A stretch of 64,000 nt of DNA from Nitrospira sp. (GTDB taxonomy: Bacteria; Nitrospirota; Nitrospiria; Nitrospirales; Nitrospiraceae). Positions 19,352 through 29,166 of this stretch are shown piece after piece (position 1 is the stretch's first letter; each line of letters begins with the position of its first letter). The stretch is taken from contig AP038806.1 in NCBI GenBank assembly GCA_047150005.1, positions 384,001 through 448,000 on the forward strand, read 5' to 3'. Below the pieces are notes generated by a model, which worked only from the letters and a program-made list of their open reading frames with translations, was not told the origin of the DNA and made no database searches. The position numbers and the translations under genes are program-made.

Positions 19352-20269
19352 TTACGCCCCTTGTGGAACCTCACACGAGGGATGGGCCGGCAATGACGCG
19401 ATATGTTCGCGGCATATTTCGGCGACAGGCTTGATGGCCTCGCATATTGGGGCAAAGCGGAAATCCCTGAGAAGTCGAATCAGCCGCCCCTCTGTCTTAT
19501 CAAGATTGACGTAATGGCGGAATCGTGACAACAGCGGCCCCTCCATTCTCGGCTGGGTGGCATCAAATTCCCACGGATGCAGATACATGACCAGCGGCTG
19601 TCCCATTTGCTCGATTCGTCTCAAGCAATTTTTCAAGATCCCGTATGGAAACAGCCGGAAATATCCTCCTCCTGCGACCGGGACCCTCAATCCGAGCATG
19701 CTGATCGTCGACGGAGGAACCTCCCACAAAGGTCCGACAGCCGTCTCTAGCTCATGACACACAGGTTGTGCCTCGGGCATTCCATATCTATCGTGCACGA
19801 TTGGGAACACACTTGAATCGTAGACATATCCCTCTTCTACCAGAATGGGTAACGCCCATACCGTACTCCTGGTAATTGAAAAGCTCGGGGCCCGATAGCC
19901 ATAGATGCGCCGGCCCAAGATATCCTCCAGAATGATCTTAGCCTTGCGGATGTCATCCCGAAAGGCTGCAGGAGTCTGAGACGTAATCAATTCGTGACCA
20001 TAACCATGGGATGCCACTTCATGTCCTGCGGCGGAAATGCTTCTGACAAGTACCGGATAACGCTCCGCCACCCACCCCAACACGAAAAAGGTCGCGCGAA
20101 CCTGCTGACTCGCAAGCAGTTCAAGGATCTTGTCCGTATTTTTGCGAACGCGACTTTCGCACTGTCCCCATTGGTTCCGTCTGGCCTGAGATTCAAAAGC
20201 CGAAACCTGGAAGTGCTCTTCCACATCGAACGAGAGACAATGCACGAGATTTCTCTCTGAGACATTCAT
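19352..20269 (-). CDS. Polysaccharide deacetylase (DUF3473/XrtA-system type)
   Basis: SFDVEEHFQV, ATFFVLGW, HEVASHGYGH, GYRAPSFS, GGGYFR, YLHPWE. Confidence 0.9.
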   Translation of the reverse strand: MNVSERNLVHCLSFDVEEHFQVSAFESQARRNQWGQCESRVRKNTDKILELLASQQVRATFFVLGWVAERYPVLVRSISAAGHEVASHGYGHELITSQTPAAFRDDIRKAKIILEDILGRRIYGYRAPSFSITRSTVWALPILVEEGYVYDSSVFPIVHDRYGMPEAQPVCHELETAVGPLWEVPPSTISMLGLRVPVAGGGYFRLFPYGILKNCLRRIEQMGQPLVMYLHPWEFDATQPRMEGPLLSRFRHYVNLDKTEGRLIRLLRDFRFAPICEAIKPVAEICREHIASLPAHPSCEVPQGA

Positions 20270-21333
20270 CGAGCACCTTCGCCCAGTAGGATGACTCGTA
20301 CCGTCTCAAGCAGGATGCGCATATCCAATCGTATCGACAGGTGCTTGACATAGTAGAGATCATATTGCAATTTCACGTGCGAATCCTCCACCGAGGCGCC
20401 GTATCTGAACTGGGTCTGGGCCCAACCCGTGATGCCGGGCCTGACGGCATGCCGAATATCATAGTAGGGAATCACCGCCCTGAGTTCCTGGACAAAAACA
20501 GGGCGCTCGGGTCGGGGACCGACAAGGCTCATCTCGCCTTTCAGCACATTGATGAGCTGCGGAATCTCGTCAAACCTCCATTTCCTTAAATACCGGCCAA
20601 CCCGTGACACGCGAGGATCCTTTTCGGTCGTCCATCTGGCGCCGCCCTTCTCGGCGTCGAGAAACATCGAGCGAAACTTCCAAATCATATACGGCTGCGC
20701 CCGCAATCCTACCCTCACTTGCCGATAAAAGACCGGGCCGGGAGAATCCAGTCGGATCACTGCCCCAATCAACACCACAACAGGAAAAAGCACTGTGAGC
20801 CCGACGAATGAGACGCAAATGTCGAGGAGTCGTTTGACGGTCTTAACAACGAACCCGGCTCGAAATCCGGTGGAGAAGATGATGGCGCTCGGCTTCAGCT
20901 CGTCGATCGGAATCCGACCTGATTCCTCTTCATAGAGATGATGCCCGTCGAACACATCGATCCCCATCCCCTTCAAATCCAGCAGCTCCTTCAAAGGCAG
21001 AACTGCTCTCCGATCTTCGAGACACACAGCGATAGTGTCGACACGATGGCGCTCGACTACGTCGGTTAGCTGTTCCATCGTCCCGACCACGTCTCTTTGG
21101 CCATCAACCATCTGTCCGTTGTCTTTGGCAAGCATTCCCACGACATCGGTGAACATCTTTCGTCGCGAAAGCAGGATCTGCGACAAGCCTTTGGCCAAAT
21201 GTCCTGTGCCAAGAATTAGAATTCGGCGCTTCGCTCCCGGGACGCGAAAAATGGCCTTCGGGGCTCGTTCCTCGATGAGCACCTGAGCCCTTTGCGACGC
21301 CGATCTATCTGAGCTGCTTACGATTAGGCTCAT
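20266..21333 (-). CDS. Priming polyprenyl glycosylphosphotransferase (sugar transferase)
   Basis: [46 protein letters not shown]. Confidence 0.92.
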   Translation of the reverse strand: MSLIVSSSDRSASQRAQVLIEERAPKAIFRVPGAKRRILILGTGHLAKGLSQILLSRRKMFTDVVGMLAKDNGQMVDGQRDVVGTMEQLTDVVERHRVDTIAVCLEDRRAVLPLKELLDLKGMGIDVFDGHHLYEEESGRIPIDELKPSAIIFSTGFRAGFVVKTVKRLLDICVSFVGLTVLFPVVVLIGAVIRLDSPGPVFYRQVRVGLRAQPYMIWKFRSMFLDAEKGGARWTTEKDPRVSRVGRYLRKWRFDEIPQLINVLKGEMSLVGPRPERPVFVQELRAVIPYYDIRHAVRPGITGWAQTQFRYGASVEDSHVKLQYDLYYVKHLSIRLDMRILLETVRVILLGEGAR

Positions 21334-23575
21334 ACACCCTGCTACTATAGTTATAGTAAGAGTATGTCGTATCCTGCGCCTCGACGCCGTTCAAGACAAT
21401 GGCAATAGCCCTCTCCTGCCCGATCATCTTGATGGCATTACTCACCACGTCACGAGCGGTGGCTCGTGCCCTAACGACATGAGCGACTACATCTGCGGAC
21501 CGGACTATGAGCATGGCTTCTGCGACAGGAAGCAGCGGCGGAGAGTCCACAACGACATAATCGAACCGCTCTCTCAGACTGGCAATGAGCTCCGAGAGTC
21601 GATCAGCATGGGTAAGTGCGGCAGTTCCAGACTGTTCAATTCCGGCTGGTAGGATCCAGATTCCTAACTGCTCATGGTATTCTAAGCACTCTTCCAATGT
21701 CTTGTGTCCAAGCAATACTTCAGCTACTCCGGCTGCCAGCTCCAACCCCGCATAGGCGTGCACCATCGGCCTTTTCAGGTCACAATCAAGGAGCACGGTC
21801 TTTCTATTCAGGTCTCTTGAGAGCACGTGGGCCAGATTCAAAGCAGTGGAGGTTTTCCCTTCTCCCATCAACGCGCTGGAGACACACACGACAGAACTCT
21901 TCATCTTGTCCACCATCAGGCCGAGTCGGGTGGCGGCGACACGATACTGTTCCGCCACGGCCGACCTGGGATACCACATCGCAACCAACTCCGGGCAGAC
22001 GGTGACTTGGCTGAGACCGTTCACAACGGAGTCGTCCCTGCTTAAGCCGGGCAGTGATAACAATCTTGGCTTGCTCGCAGCCTGCTCCACCGCCCTGGCG
22101 GATCCTGGCCAGGCGGACTCGAATTGAAAAATCGCGGCGAGGACGGGAAGTCCGAGGGTAATTTCAATTTCTTCAGCCGACACGAATCCTCTCCGCAACA
22201 GTTCCATGCCGAATGCGGAGCCAAAACCCAGCGCGCAGCCGGCCGCCAAGCCCCCGAACATGATCATGTAGATGTTCGGCTTCTCGGGAAGGTTAGGCAC
22301 ACCGGCCTGCTGAATGATCCTCAGTTTCGTTCCCTGGCGCTTCTCCTCGAGATCGCCCGCCATCCCTATCGTGAGTTTTTTCTCCAACAGCGACTGATAG
22401 TTCTTTTGAAGATTGTCATAATCACGTTGGATCGACATCAGCTCCTGCTGGTGCAGGGTGGTGCCTTCTATCCTGGCCTCATACTTCCTGATCTCCGCCT
22501 TGATGCGCGATTGCCGCAGGCCAATCATCTCCAGCTCCCTCAGCACTTCTTCACGTTGCTTCGTCAACTCCGCCTTGTACGGGTCGAGAGCCTTTCGTTT
22601 CCGTTTCCCTCCTTCATCAACTTCGACGGGCTCCTGCTCCACATAGAGCGCAATGTAGTCCTCCGTGGTCATTGCCTGAAGTTTCTTGATCTCATTGCGC
22701 ACGACGGCTACGTCGGGATAGGACTCTTTGTAGACAGAATGCAATGTCGCTAGATTGCGTTCGAGGGCTTTTATCTTTGCCAATCGGGGATCTTTTGCCG
22801 CGCGTTTCTGGCCCGCGTCACTCGTCGGGTCTTCATACTCTCTGATCGCCTTATCAACGGATTCCAGACGGAGGTTGATCGACTTCTCCACCTCCTGCTG
22901 CGAGGCCAACTCGGTCTCCAGCCGATCGATCGCGTGCACGTTGGAATTGAGTTGATCTGGCAACTGTCCGAGGTGGGACTGTTTGAACTGGGCGAGCGCC
23001 TGTTCTTTGACTTCCAGCTGCTTTTTCAAGAGATCCAACTCGTGCTGCAGAAACTCGGAGGAACTTTGAGCAATCACAGCGCGGCTTTCCGTATGCTCCT
23101 TTACAAAAAGGTCCGCCAAGCGGGCTATGACGTCTCTGGCCATCTCGGGGCTGGAATCGGCGAAAGAAACCCTGACGAAGGGCGCCTCCCTCCCATCGAA
23201 CTTGACCTGTACGCGCATTCTCGTCGCCACAAAGTCATCCGTCTCCGGAGTCGATCCCTCCTTTTCATATCCATACAAATGGAATTCTTGAGCGACTTGC
23301 GTTAAGAGTTCCCGTTTATAGAGCCATTCGCTCATGCCCGCTATTCGATTCGCCATCACCAACTCCGGTTTGTCGGTGGGATCATCGACTCCCTGGACGT
23401 AACGGACCTTTTGTCCTTCAAACTGCACCAGCACGCTCGACCGGTAACTTTTCGGCAACCATTCGTACAGCCCCCAGGCAAGACCGGTGCACACCAGGAT
23501 CGCCAGGAGAATCATCCATTTATGCTTTACGACGACTTTAAGATAGTCTTCAGGGGTATTCAGGCCTGTGTACAC
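21305..23575 (-). CDS. wzc: Polysaccharide co-polymerase / BY-kinase fusion (Wzc-like)
   Basis: Two TM helices flanking coiled coils, SALMGEGKTS Walker A, LLDCDL, VVDSPP, C-terminal Tyr cluster [13 protein letters not shown]. Confidence 0.88.
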   Translation of the reverse strand: MYTGLNTPEDYLKVVVKHKWMILLAILVCTGLAWGLYEWLPKSYRSSVLVQFEGQKVRYVQGVDDPTDKPELVMANRIAGMSEWLYKRELLTQVAQEFHLYGYEKEGSTPETDDFVATRMRVQVKFDGREAPFVRVSFADSSPEMARDVIARLADLFVKEHTESRAVIAQSSSEFLQHELDLLKKQLEVKEQALAQFKQSHLGQLPDQLNSNVHAIDRLETELASQQEVEKSINLRLESVDKAIREYEDPTSDAGQKRAAKDPRLAKIKALERNLATLHSVYKESYPDVAVVRNEIKKLQAMTTEDYIALYVEQEPVEVDEGGKRKRKALDPYKAELTKQREEVLRELEMIGLRQSRIKAEIRKYEARIEGTTLHQQELMSIQRDYDNLQKNYQSLLEKKLTIGMAGDLEEKRQGTKLRIIQQAGVPNLPEKPNIYMIMFGGLAAGCALGFGSAFGMELLRRGFVSAEEIEITLGLPVLAAIFQFESAWPGSARAVEQAASKPRLLSLPGLSRDDSVVNGLSQVTVCPELVAMWYPRSAVAEQYRVAATRLGLMVDKMKSSVVCVSSALMGEGKTSTALNLAHVLSRDLNRKTVLLDCDLKRPMVHAYAGLELAAGVAEVLLGHKTLEECLEYHEQLGIWILPAGIEQSGTAALTHADRLSELIASLRERFDYVVVDSPPLLPVAEAMLIVRSADVVAHVVRARATARDVVSNAIKMIGQERAIAIVLNGVEAQDTTYSYYNYSSRVYEPNRKQLR

Positions 23576-23598
23576 GTCTTAACGGTGCTCCTGTTCTA

Positions 23599-25161
23599 CT
23601 ACTTTCCAGGGTCAAGCAGGGACCCGTCGCCGGATGGAATTTCCCCAGGTTCCACATCTGAAGGAGTCGCACCTTCAGCGGGAGCGGTCGCTCCAAACGA
23701 CCCTAGTCCACCCATCCGGAAGAACGATTGATTTGTGAATGCGTAGGAGAGCGTCAATATCACCATTTTCTTCGAAAATGCGTATTGGTCTTCGATTCCG
23801 CTCGGTTGCTCATTAATGTTTGAGAAGTACATCCACCGGTAGGTCAGATTGGCTAACACTGGTCCGATAAGATAGCTGGCTCCGACGCTCGCATTGACCG
23901 AATCGAACGTCGATTGGGGATTACTGGTTGAACCATGGGAATAATTGAGACCCAGTTGACCCGAGAGTTTCGAGGTAATGCCACCGGTGATATTTGCACC
24001 GACAATTTGCGTTTTCATCGGACCTGATCCGATCACATAACTTGGATACACATTGTAGTTGTAACTCAGCCTGGTGCCAAACTGACCGGGCGGCATGATC
24101 CCACCAGGCATCAAGGTTCCTTCTAAGGCAGGCAAGCCTTCGAATGGCCCTGGGGCAACCGTGCCCGCCGCTCTGAGACTTTCCGAAAATGTTACGTAAT
24201 TCAGATTGGCGGAGATGGAGGGGGCTACCTGAGTCTTGACTCTCTGCCCAGGCGATGTTGAATTATCTATGGGCAAGGTCATTACTCCTCCCCCCATCAA
24301 TGTTGTGATCAGCTTCGGAGTCCACTTTCGTTCCCAGTTGAGCGTCCCGTTGAAAGTTGTGAAAGAACTCGACCCACCTCCACCGTTGGATCCTTCTTGC
24401 CCGAAATGAGACATCATCGCAGTGGTTCCCACGGTGTCCCTGAGCGACAGTTGGTTTGCAATGGTCATGTTCACTTGATGGCCATCCGTATCAAATAGCT
24501 GATTCTCCACCCCTCCAGACTGGCCTCCAAACATAACCTTGGAGTAGTTATAGCTTCCAGTCACAATCGTGGTACGTGTCAGCTGATAGCCTGTGGTTAT
24601 CCCGAGATTCATGCTGTGGGTGTACACTCGGTTAGTCACCAGGCCGGTATTCAGGGGAGAGGTTATGATCGTTGCTCCAGCTCCGGCCCCGATGCCAGTC
24701 CCCTGGGCTCCAAAGGCTGTCATCGATGGGGTGTATTGATACGTGCCAAATAGACCTAAGGAAATGATGCGCTGGGAAATTCTGTCCGCATAGTTTTTGA
24801 GATCAAGCCGCCCTGTAGCATTGAACCCCGTGTAGTTAAGATCGCTGTTGTGGGCGTACATTGAAACCAGGCCCCCGACCGAGAAACTACCTCGCACACG
24901 CGAGCCTAAATGCGCCACGTTGATCTGAGGAGTGATTTGCGTGATGAAATCCTCAGGTTGAGTACCGGGCTCCAATAATGATTTAGGTGTAAAAAAAACG
25001 TTTGAATCATACGTCTCTGTGACCGACACAATCGGGATAATACGCGTCTGCGCAAACGCATCGATGCTCATAGACCAACCGAGGGTAGCGACTAGTATGA
25101 TGAAGGTGACGACACCCCATTGTCCACTTAGGCCGGAATCAGGGTACAACAATGACGTCAC
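23599..25161 (-). CDS. Putative outer-membrane beta-barrel protein of the EPS export system
   Basis: Signal-like segment then IPIVSVTETYDSNV; G/S/T/Y/N-rich alternating strands; lies between wza-like genes and wzc; start uncertain. Confidence 0.65.
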   Translation of the reverse strand: MTSLLYPDSGLSGQWGVVTFIILVATLGWSMSIDAFAQTRIIPIVSVTETYDSNVFFTPKSLLEPGTQPEDFITQITPQINVAHLGSRVRGSFSVGGLVSMYAHNSDLNYTGFNATGRLDLKNYADRISQRIISLGLFGTYQYTPSMTAFGAQGTGIGAGAGATIITSPLNTGLVTNRVYTHSMNLGITTGYQLTRTTIVTGSYNYSKVMFGGQSGGVENQLFDTDGHQVNMTIANQLSLRDTVGTTAMMSHFGQEGSNGGGGSSSFTTFNGTLNWERKWTPKLITTLMGGGVMTLPIDNSTSPGQRVKTQVAPSISANLNYVTFSESLRAAGTVAPGPFEGLPALEGTLMPGGIMPPGQFGTRLSYNYNVYPSYVIGSGPMKTQIVGANITGGITSKLSGQLGLNYSHGSTSNPQSTFDSVNASVGASYLIGPVLANLTYRWMYFSNINEQPSGIEDQYAFSKKMVILTLSYAFTNQSFFRMGGLGSFGATAPAEGATPSDVEPGEIPSGDGSLLDPGK

Positions 25162-25780
25162 CAGCCTTCAGAACGATATTTGCCTCCAGGTTTCTTCCTT
25201 GGAGAATATCTTGGTAGGGAACCGGAATCATAACCTGCTTTGTTTCCCCCTGTCCGTTCTTGACCATTCTGAGAACATGTACATTATTTCTTGACGCGAA
25301 GGTAGTGAACCCTCCGGCGTAAGAGATTCCTTGGAGCACGCTCGCAAAAGACTTCAGCACGTACTTTCCCGGCTTAGCGACTTCACCGACTACGAACACA
25401 TGGTAGCTATTGATCTCTTTAACCTGCACTGACACTGTCGGGGTCGACATGTATTCTGCTAGTTTGTCCGCGACCTGCTTCGACAGGTCCTGCGCGGTAA
25501 GACCAGCCGCCGTAATATCGCCGATTAGCGGGAGAGAAATCTTTCCATCTGGCCTGACAATAACATCTTTGGAGAGATCCTGATTTCTCCAGACAGTAAC
25601 GACTAATACATCTTCAGGCCCAATGAGGAATTCGGTGGGGGGCACGGAGGAACCGCGGTACTGCATGTCGTGAGACTGACAGCCCACCAAAGAATACTGC
25701 AACAACAGTACCAGGAGGGACGCAATAAGACGTCCGTTCCTCTCGTATCCACTAGTGAGAATTCTCTTCGCTAGGCCCAT
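25139..25780 (-). CDS. Polysaccharide export protein (Wza/OPX-like, Poly_export+SLBB), lipoprotein
   Basis: LVGC lipobox, IGPEDVL.V.VW, VRPDGKISLPLIG, VVGEVAKPG, GDVIVVP. Confidence 0.88.
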   Translation of the reverse strand: MGLAKRILTSGYERNGRLIASLLVLLLQYSLVGCQSHDMQYRGSSVPPTEFLIGPEDVLVVTVWRNQDLSKDVIVRPDGKISLPLIGDITAAGLTAQDLSKQVADKLAEYMSTPTVSVQVKEINSYHVFVVGEVAKPGKYVLKSFASVLQGISYAGGFTTFASRNNVHVLRMVKNGQGETKQVMIPVPYQDILQGRNLEANIVLKAGDVIVVP

Positions 25781-25844
25781 GTTGGCTCCATGAGACCGGA
25801 ATTTCTACAACTAAGTCTCGCCGTCCGCGCCATCGGTTCAACTT

Positions 25845-26525
25845 CTAGCGACTGGGGAGCACTACCATCGTCTCAGATGGGACAACGATCTGATCACCAG
25901 GCTTCAATTCGATGTTCTGACTCGATCCATCTCGCACGACGATGTCGTCATAGCTAGCCTTGAGCTTGGTCTGTCCTTCGCCATCCTTAGTAAACCGGAA
26001 CACGACGATTTTGTTACGAGCCGCCATGGGCGTGAACCCTCCAGCGACAGTAATGCCTTGAAGCAAGGTGGTCTTACTCTTCAGCGGATACTTTCCCGGC
26101 TTGTTGACTTCTCCCAGCACATAAATGTTGTAACTCTGTACGTCCTTGATCATGATGGAAATTGTGGGGTTTTCCATATAGGCCCTGAGCCCTGCCGAGA
26201 TCTCCTCGGTCAATTGAGTGGGTGTTTTTGCAACCGCAGAGATATCGCCCAGAAGAGGGAGTGAGATTCTTCCATCAGGCCTCACCTGAACTTGCTTAGA
26301 GAGATCTGCATTTTTCCAGACGGTGATCTCCAAAACGTCTTCAGGCCCTATAATATATTCCGGTGTGACTATTAGGAGTGATTTTTCAGCAGCACCTGGT
26401 GCTACCGCCTTTGAAACAGGTGCGACATGCTTCTTCGGATCAAGGTCCTGTGCCGAAGCGACAGATACACAAATCAGCTTAATTAGTAGCACCCCACACA
26501 GTCCAAATACGTTTAGTTTCCGCAT
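25845..26525 (-). CDS. Polysaccharide export protein (Wza/OPX-like), second paralogue
   Basis: Signal peptide, YIIGPEDVL, VRPDGRISLPLLG, VLGEVNKPG, PGDQIVVP. Confidence 0.88.
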   Translation of the reverse strand: MRKLNVFGLCGVLLIKLICVSVASAQDLDPKKHVAPVSKAVAPGAAEKSLLIVTPEYIIGPEDVLEITVWKNADLSKQVQVRPDGRISLPLLGDISAVAKTPTQLTEEISAGLRAYMENPTISIMIKDVQSYNIYVLGEVNKPGKYPLKSKTTLLQGITVAGGFTPMAARNKIVVFRFTKDGEGQTKLKASYDDIVVRDGSSQNIELKPGDQIVVPSETMVVLPSR

Positions 26526-26564
26526 ATCAATGACCTCATAGCAATATTATTGTCATGGTCAAGG

Positions 26565-26576
26565 CAGGCTACCGCC
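26565..26576 (-). promoter_or_regulatory. ops (operon polarity suppressor) element
   Basis: Minus strand GGCGGTAGCCTG is an exact match to GGCGGTAGnnTG; intergenic, between the NusG paralogue and the first wza-like gene. Confidence 0.8.
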
Positions 26577-26639
26577 CATTGAGGATACACCTCTACAAGT
26601 CTCAACCAACCCAAGAGCAGACCTACCCCAGCACTATAC

Positions 26640-27143
26640 TTATACAGCTTCAGGGAATTTTTCGATATCTGAAAGCTGCACAATCGCCCGGCTTTGATAG
26701 AGAAGAGTCCGCAGGAGCACAATGACTCGTTCCTTCCTCGGTAAAGAGGAGTCAAATACAGCCTTTATTCCGGCCAAGGGACCGTGATTGATCTTAACGA
26801 CTTCGCCAGGCTTGAAACTAGGCAAATGAATCGTGTCCTGCTGTTCCAGCCGAACCTTGATTTCCTCCAGTAGGGTTGGTTCGATTTCTGCTGGGAGGTG
26901 TCCAAACATCACTATTCTTCGAACTCCTCGACAATAGGATACCATCCGATATTGTCTGTCATAATCAAATCTTGCAAAAAAATAGCCAGGGAACAATCCT
27001 GATGGTCGAAAATGTCTCTTACCTCGAATGTAAAAAATCTCCCGGATCTCTGGATAGTAGGTAGCAATTCCTACTTGCTGCAGGACTGAAGCGGTTGAAT
27101 ACTCCTGCTTTGGTTTCGCCATTATGGCGTACCACTTCTCCAT
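26640..27143 (-). CDS. rfaH: Transcription antiterminator, NusG paralogue (RfaH-like)
   Basis: WYAIMAKPKQE, LFPGYFF NGN motif, KPGEVVKINHGPLAG KOW motif, ERVIVLL. Confidence 0.8.
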   Translation of the reverse strand: MEKWYAIMAKPKQEYSTASVLQQVGIATYYPEIREIFYIRGKRHFRPSGLFPGYFFARFDYDRQYRMVSYCRGVRRIVMFGHLPAEIEPTLLEEIKVRLEQQDTIHLPSFKPGEVVKINHGPLAGIKAVFDSSLPRKERVIVLLRTLLYQSRAIVQLSDIEKFPEAV

Positions 27144-27191
27144 TTTCTCTATTCCAGCCCCCTACTCCCGCAACAACTAAGTGATTTCCGG

Positions 27192-27557
27192 TCAAAACAT
27201 AAACTTCAGCCCAACAAAATATGGGCCAAACCCGTTGGAGCGGCTAAACGGCAATTTTCTGGTCCAACGCACTTCAGCCAGGGTGGGAGTTTCTGCAACA
27301 GCCGTTGGTGTCGGGACGTATACTTTCAATACTTGCTCAATGGCTGGAGCCTGATCCATTAAGATAAGCATTCCGCCGCTGCTTATATTGACCGATAGTG
27401 CCCTCCCTTGGCGGGTTGAGCCAGCTAGATCTTCAGCTGGAGCCGTAATTTCATACGGAATTGGCCTCAATAACGCAACTCGTTCGTTATGTTTCTGAAA
27501 ATCTGCGGTGATTGGCCATTCCCACTCGTTCTGTGCCACGTCCCCCCCTTTCATCAC
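27192..27557 (-). CDS. PilZ-domain protein
   Basis: NISSGG (D/NxSxxG) motif, AEVRW, VGLKF; the RxxxR motif reads KHNER. Confidence 0.78.
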   Translation of the reverse strand: MMKGGDVAQNEWEWPITADFQKHNERVALLRPIPYEITAPAEDLAGSTRQGRALSVNISSGGMLILMDQAPAIEQVLKVYVPTPTAVAETPTLAEVRWTRKLPFSRSNGFGPYFVGLKFMF

Positions 27558-27701
27558 CTAATCCTAAGCCATTGTTCCGTCAACATTTTCTCGGTTTGCC
27601 TTGATGGATATCTGTCGCATCAGCGGCATTGTTCCTGTCCATCTTTCATGTGAACGTGCACAATGGGGCAGGAAAACAGGAACTCAACGGACGATGACGG
27701 G

Positions 27702-27730
27702 AGTATAGAAACGGATAGAGAAACGGACAA
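27702..27730 (-). promoter_or_regulatory. Putative sigma70 promoter of the polysaccharide operon
   Basis: Minus strand TTGTCC-17 nt-TATACT upstream of pilZ. Confidence 0.55.
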
Positions 27731-27904
27731 TACCGAACAGGTATGCCACTATTCTCTAAAGTGGGTGTTGACTCCCCCAAAAGGGTTAGGTAAAGTTTCC
27801 GTATCATCACGGTGGTGGAATTAAGATTGTTTACGTAGATTAACAGAAATCATCCGATTGTCTAGCATTGGTGTTATACCCGTTCTAGAAAGTTTCCTCG
27901 GAGC

Positions 27905-28510
27905 ATGAGCGAATCACCGTCACCAGGTAGCTCGGAAACACTTGCCGACCAGCGTGCTGGTCCAGGCATTGTGGTGCTGTCTGCATCCATGCAGCTCTTG
28001 CATATGAATCGTCAGGCTTCGGAATTGGCAAGACAGATCAATCTTGCCGACCATGGAGGAAACAGTTCACGACCAGCCCAAGGCGTACTTCCATCTGTGT
28101 TGACAGAGCTTTGTGGAGAGATTGTCAAAGCGCTCCACATTCGCACCGAGGCAAAAGACTGGGAACAATTTGAGATTAAGCGGGTTACTGGCAACCCTGA
28201 GCAACCAGTACTTCTTCGAGGATTCGGATTGCCAGATCGGGGTGGGGTCCAGTTCGCAAGGCTTGTCGTTACATTAGAGGAATTGGGACGCCGACAACAG
28301 CTGAATACTGATCAAGCAAAAGAGAAGTTCCAGTTAACAAATCGTGAACAGGCGGTCATTGAGCATCTTGCAAAAGGCTGGACGAATAAGGAGATTGCAA
28401 ATGCTCTCCAAATCACCGAACAGACCGTTAAGGAACATATTAAGCATATTATGAGAAAGACCAATGCCACAACGCGGACCGGTATTCTTGTCCAGATCTT
28501 CAACTCCTAG
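27905..28510 (+). CDS. LuxR-type HTH transcriptional regulator with PAS-like N-terminus
   Basis: LTNREQAVIEHLAKGWTNKEIANALQITEQTVKEHIKHIMRK LuxR HTH; no receiver domain. Confidence 0.9.
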   Translation: MSESPSPGSSETLADQRAGPGIVVLSASMQLLHMNRQASELARQINLADHGGNSSRPAQGVLPSVLTELCGEIVKALHIRTEAKDWEQFEIKRVTGNPEQPVLLRGFGLPDRGGVQFARLVVTLEELGRRQQLNTDQAKEKFQLTNREQAVIEHLAKGWTNKEIANALQITEQTVKEHIKHIMRKTNATTRTGILVQIFNS

Positions 28511-28670
28511 ACTAGCTTTTCACTTACATTGTTGAGTGTGTTGTATTAAAAATGCAATGGTGCGTTATTCACGCCACATTGTTTCAACTGTGAGGAATGT
28601 ATTTTGATTTGTTTTACAATTGGTTAGGAGATTCTATCCTCGGCGCATCGATTGCAATCCTTGGTTGGGT

Positions 28671-29156
28671 ATGAAGAAGGCGTTGTTAATTCTCATGGGG
28701 CTATCCGTCCTGACGATAGTAGGATGTCAGACGTCTAACCAGGCGAGGGAAGGTGACAACAGTAGCTTCTCAGCCCTCTGGCAAACCTATTCCCAGTGCA
28801 ACAGTGGGGGCAACATCGATCAACTCAGCCGTGATGCTCTAATTTTGAGAACTGCTGCAAATCGCTCAATTTCTCAGGACGGATTTGTGATACCGCTACC
28901 TGTCAAGCTTGAGCGGCTTGTCTCCGCACCTTCGGCTCGCCTTGCTGTCGATGTAAAGGCGATGGCTGCATCCTGTTCGCTACGTGCGGGGCAAGCGGCT
29001 GCTCAAATCGGCCAGATCGAAGTCGCTCGATCGCTTTTCGAGAGCGTCCTAGAGTATAGGCCTCAAGCTGATTATGCCTATTACTCCTTGCAAGCGAAGG
29101 CCGCGCTTTTGAACCTCGATAATCCTGCCATTGCGGTCTCTCTATATCTCCACTAA
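28671..29156 (+). CDS. Hypothetical lipoprotein
   Basis: MKKALLILMGLSVLTIVGC lipoprotein signal; helical C-terminus. Confidence 0.65.
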   Translation: MKKALLILMGLSVLTIVGCQTSNQAREGDNSSFSALWQTYSQCNSGGNIDQLSRDALILRTAANRSISQDGFVIPLPVKLERLVSAPSARLAVDVKAMAASCSLRAGQAAAQIGQIEVARSLFESVLEYRPQADYAYYSLQAKAALLNLDNPAIAVSLYLH

Positions 29157-29166
29157 GTTCTTGTTT

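Noticed and set aside
24991..24998. A8 tract in the beta-barrel gene (and A7 in the RfaH-like gene) as phase-variation sites
   Set aside because: Short, in frame (Phe-Phe codons), and no evidence of length variation
26397..26409. Additional GGCGGTAG cores (in the first wza-like gene; also near 7527 and 18530)
   Set aside because: They lack the downstream TG of ops and lie in coding or relic sequence; likely chance
27733..27749. Possible sigma54 promoter (TGGCATACCTGTTCGG, minus strand)
   Set aside because: The -12 position reads CG rather than GC
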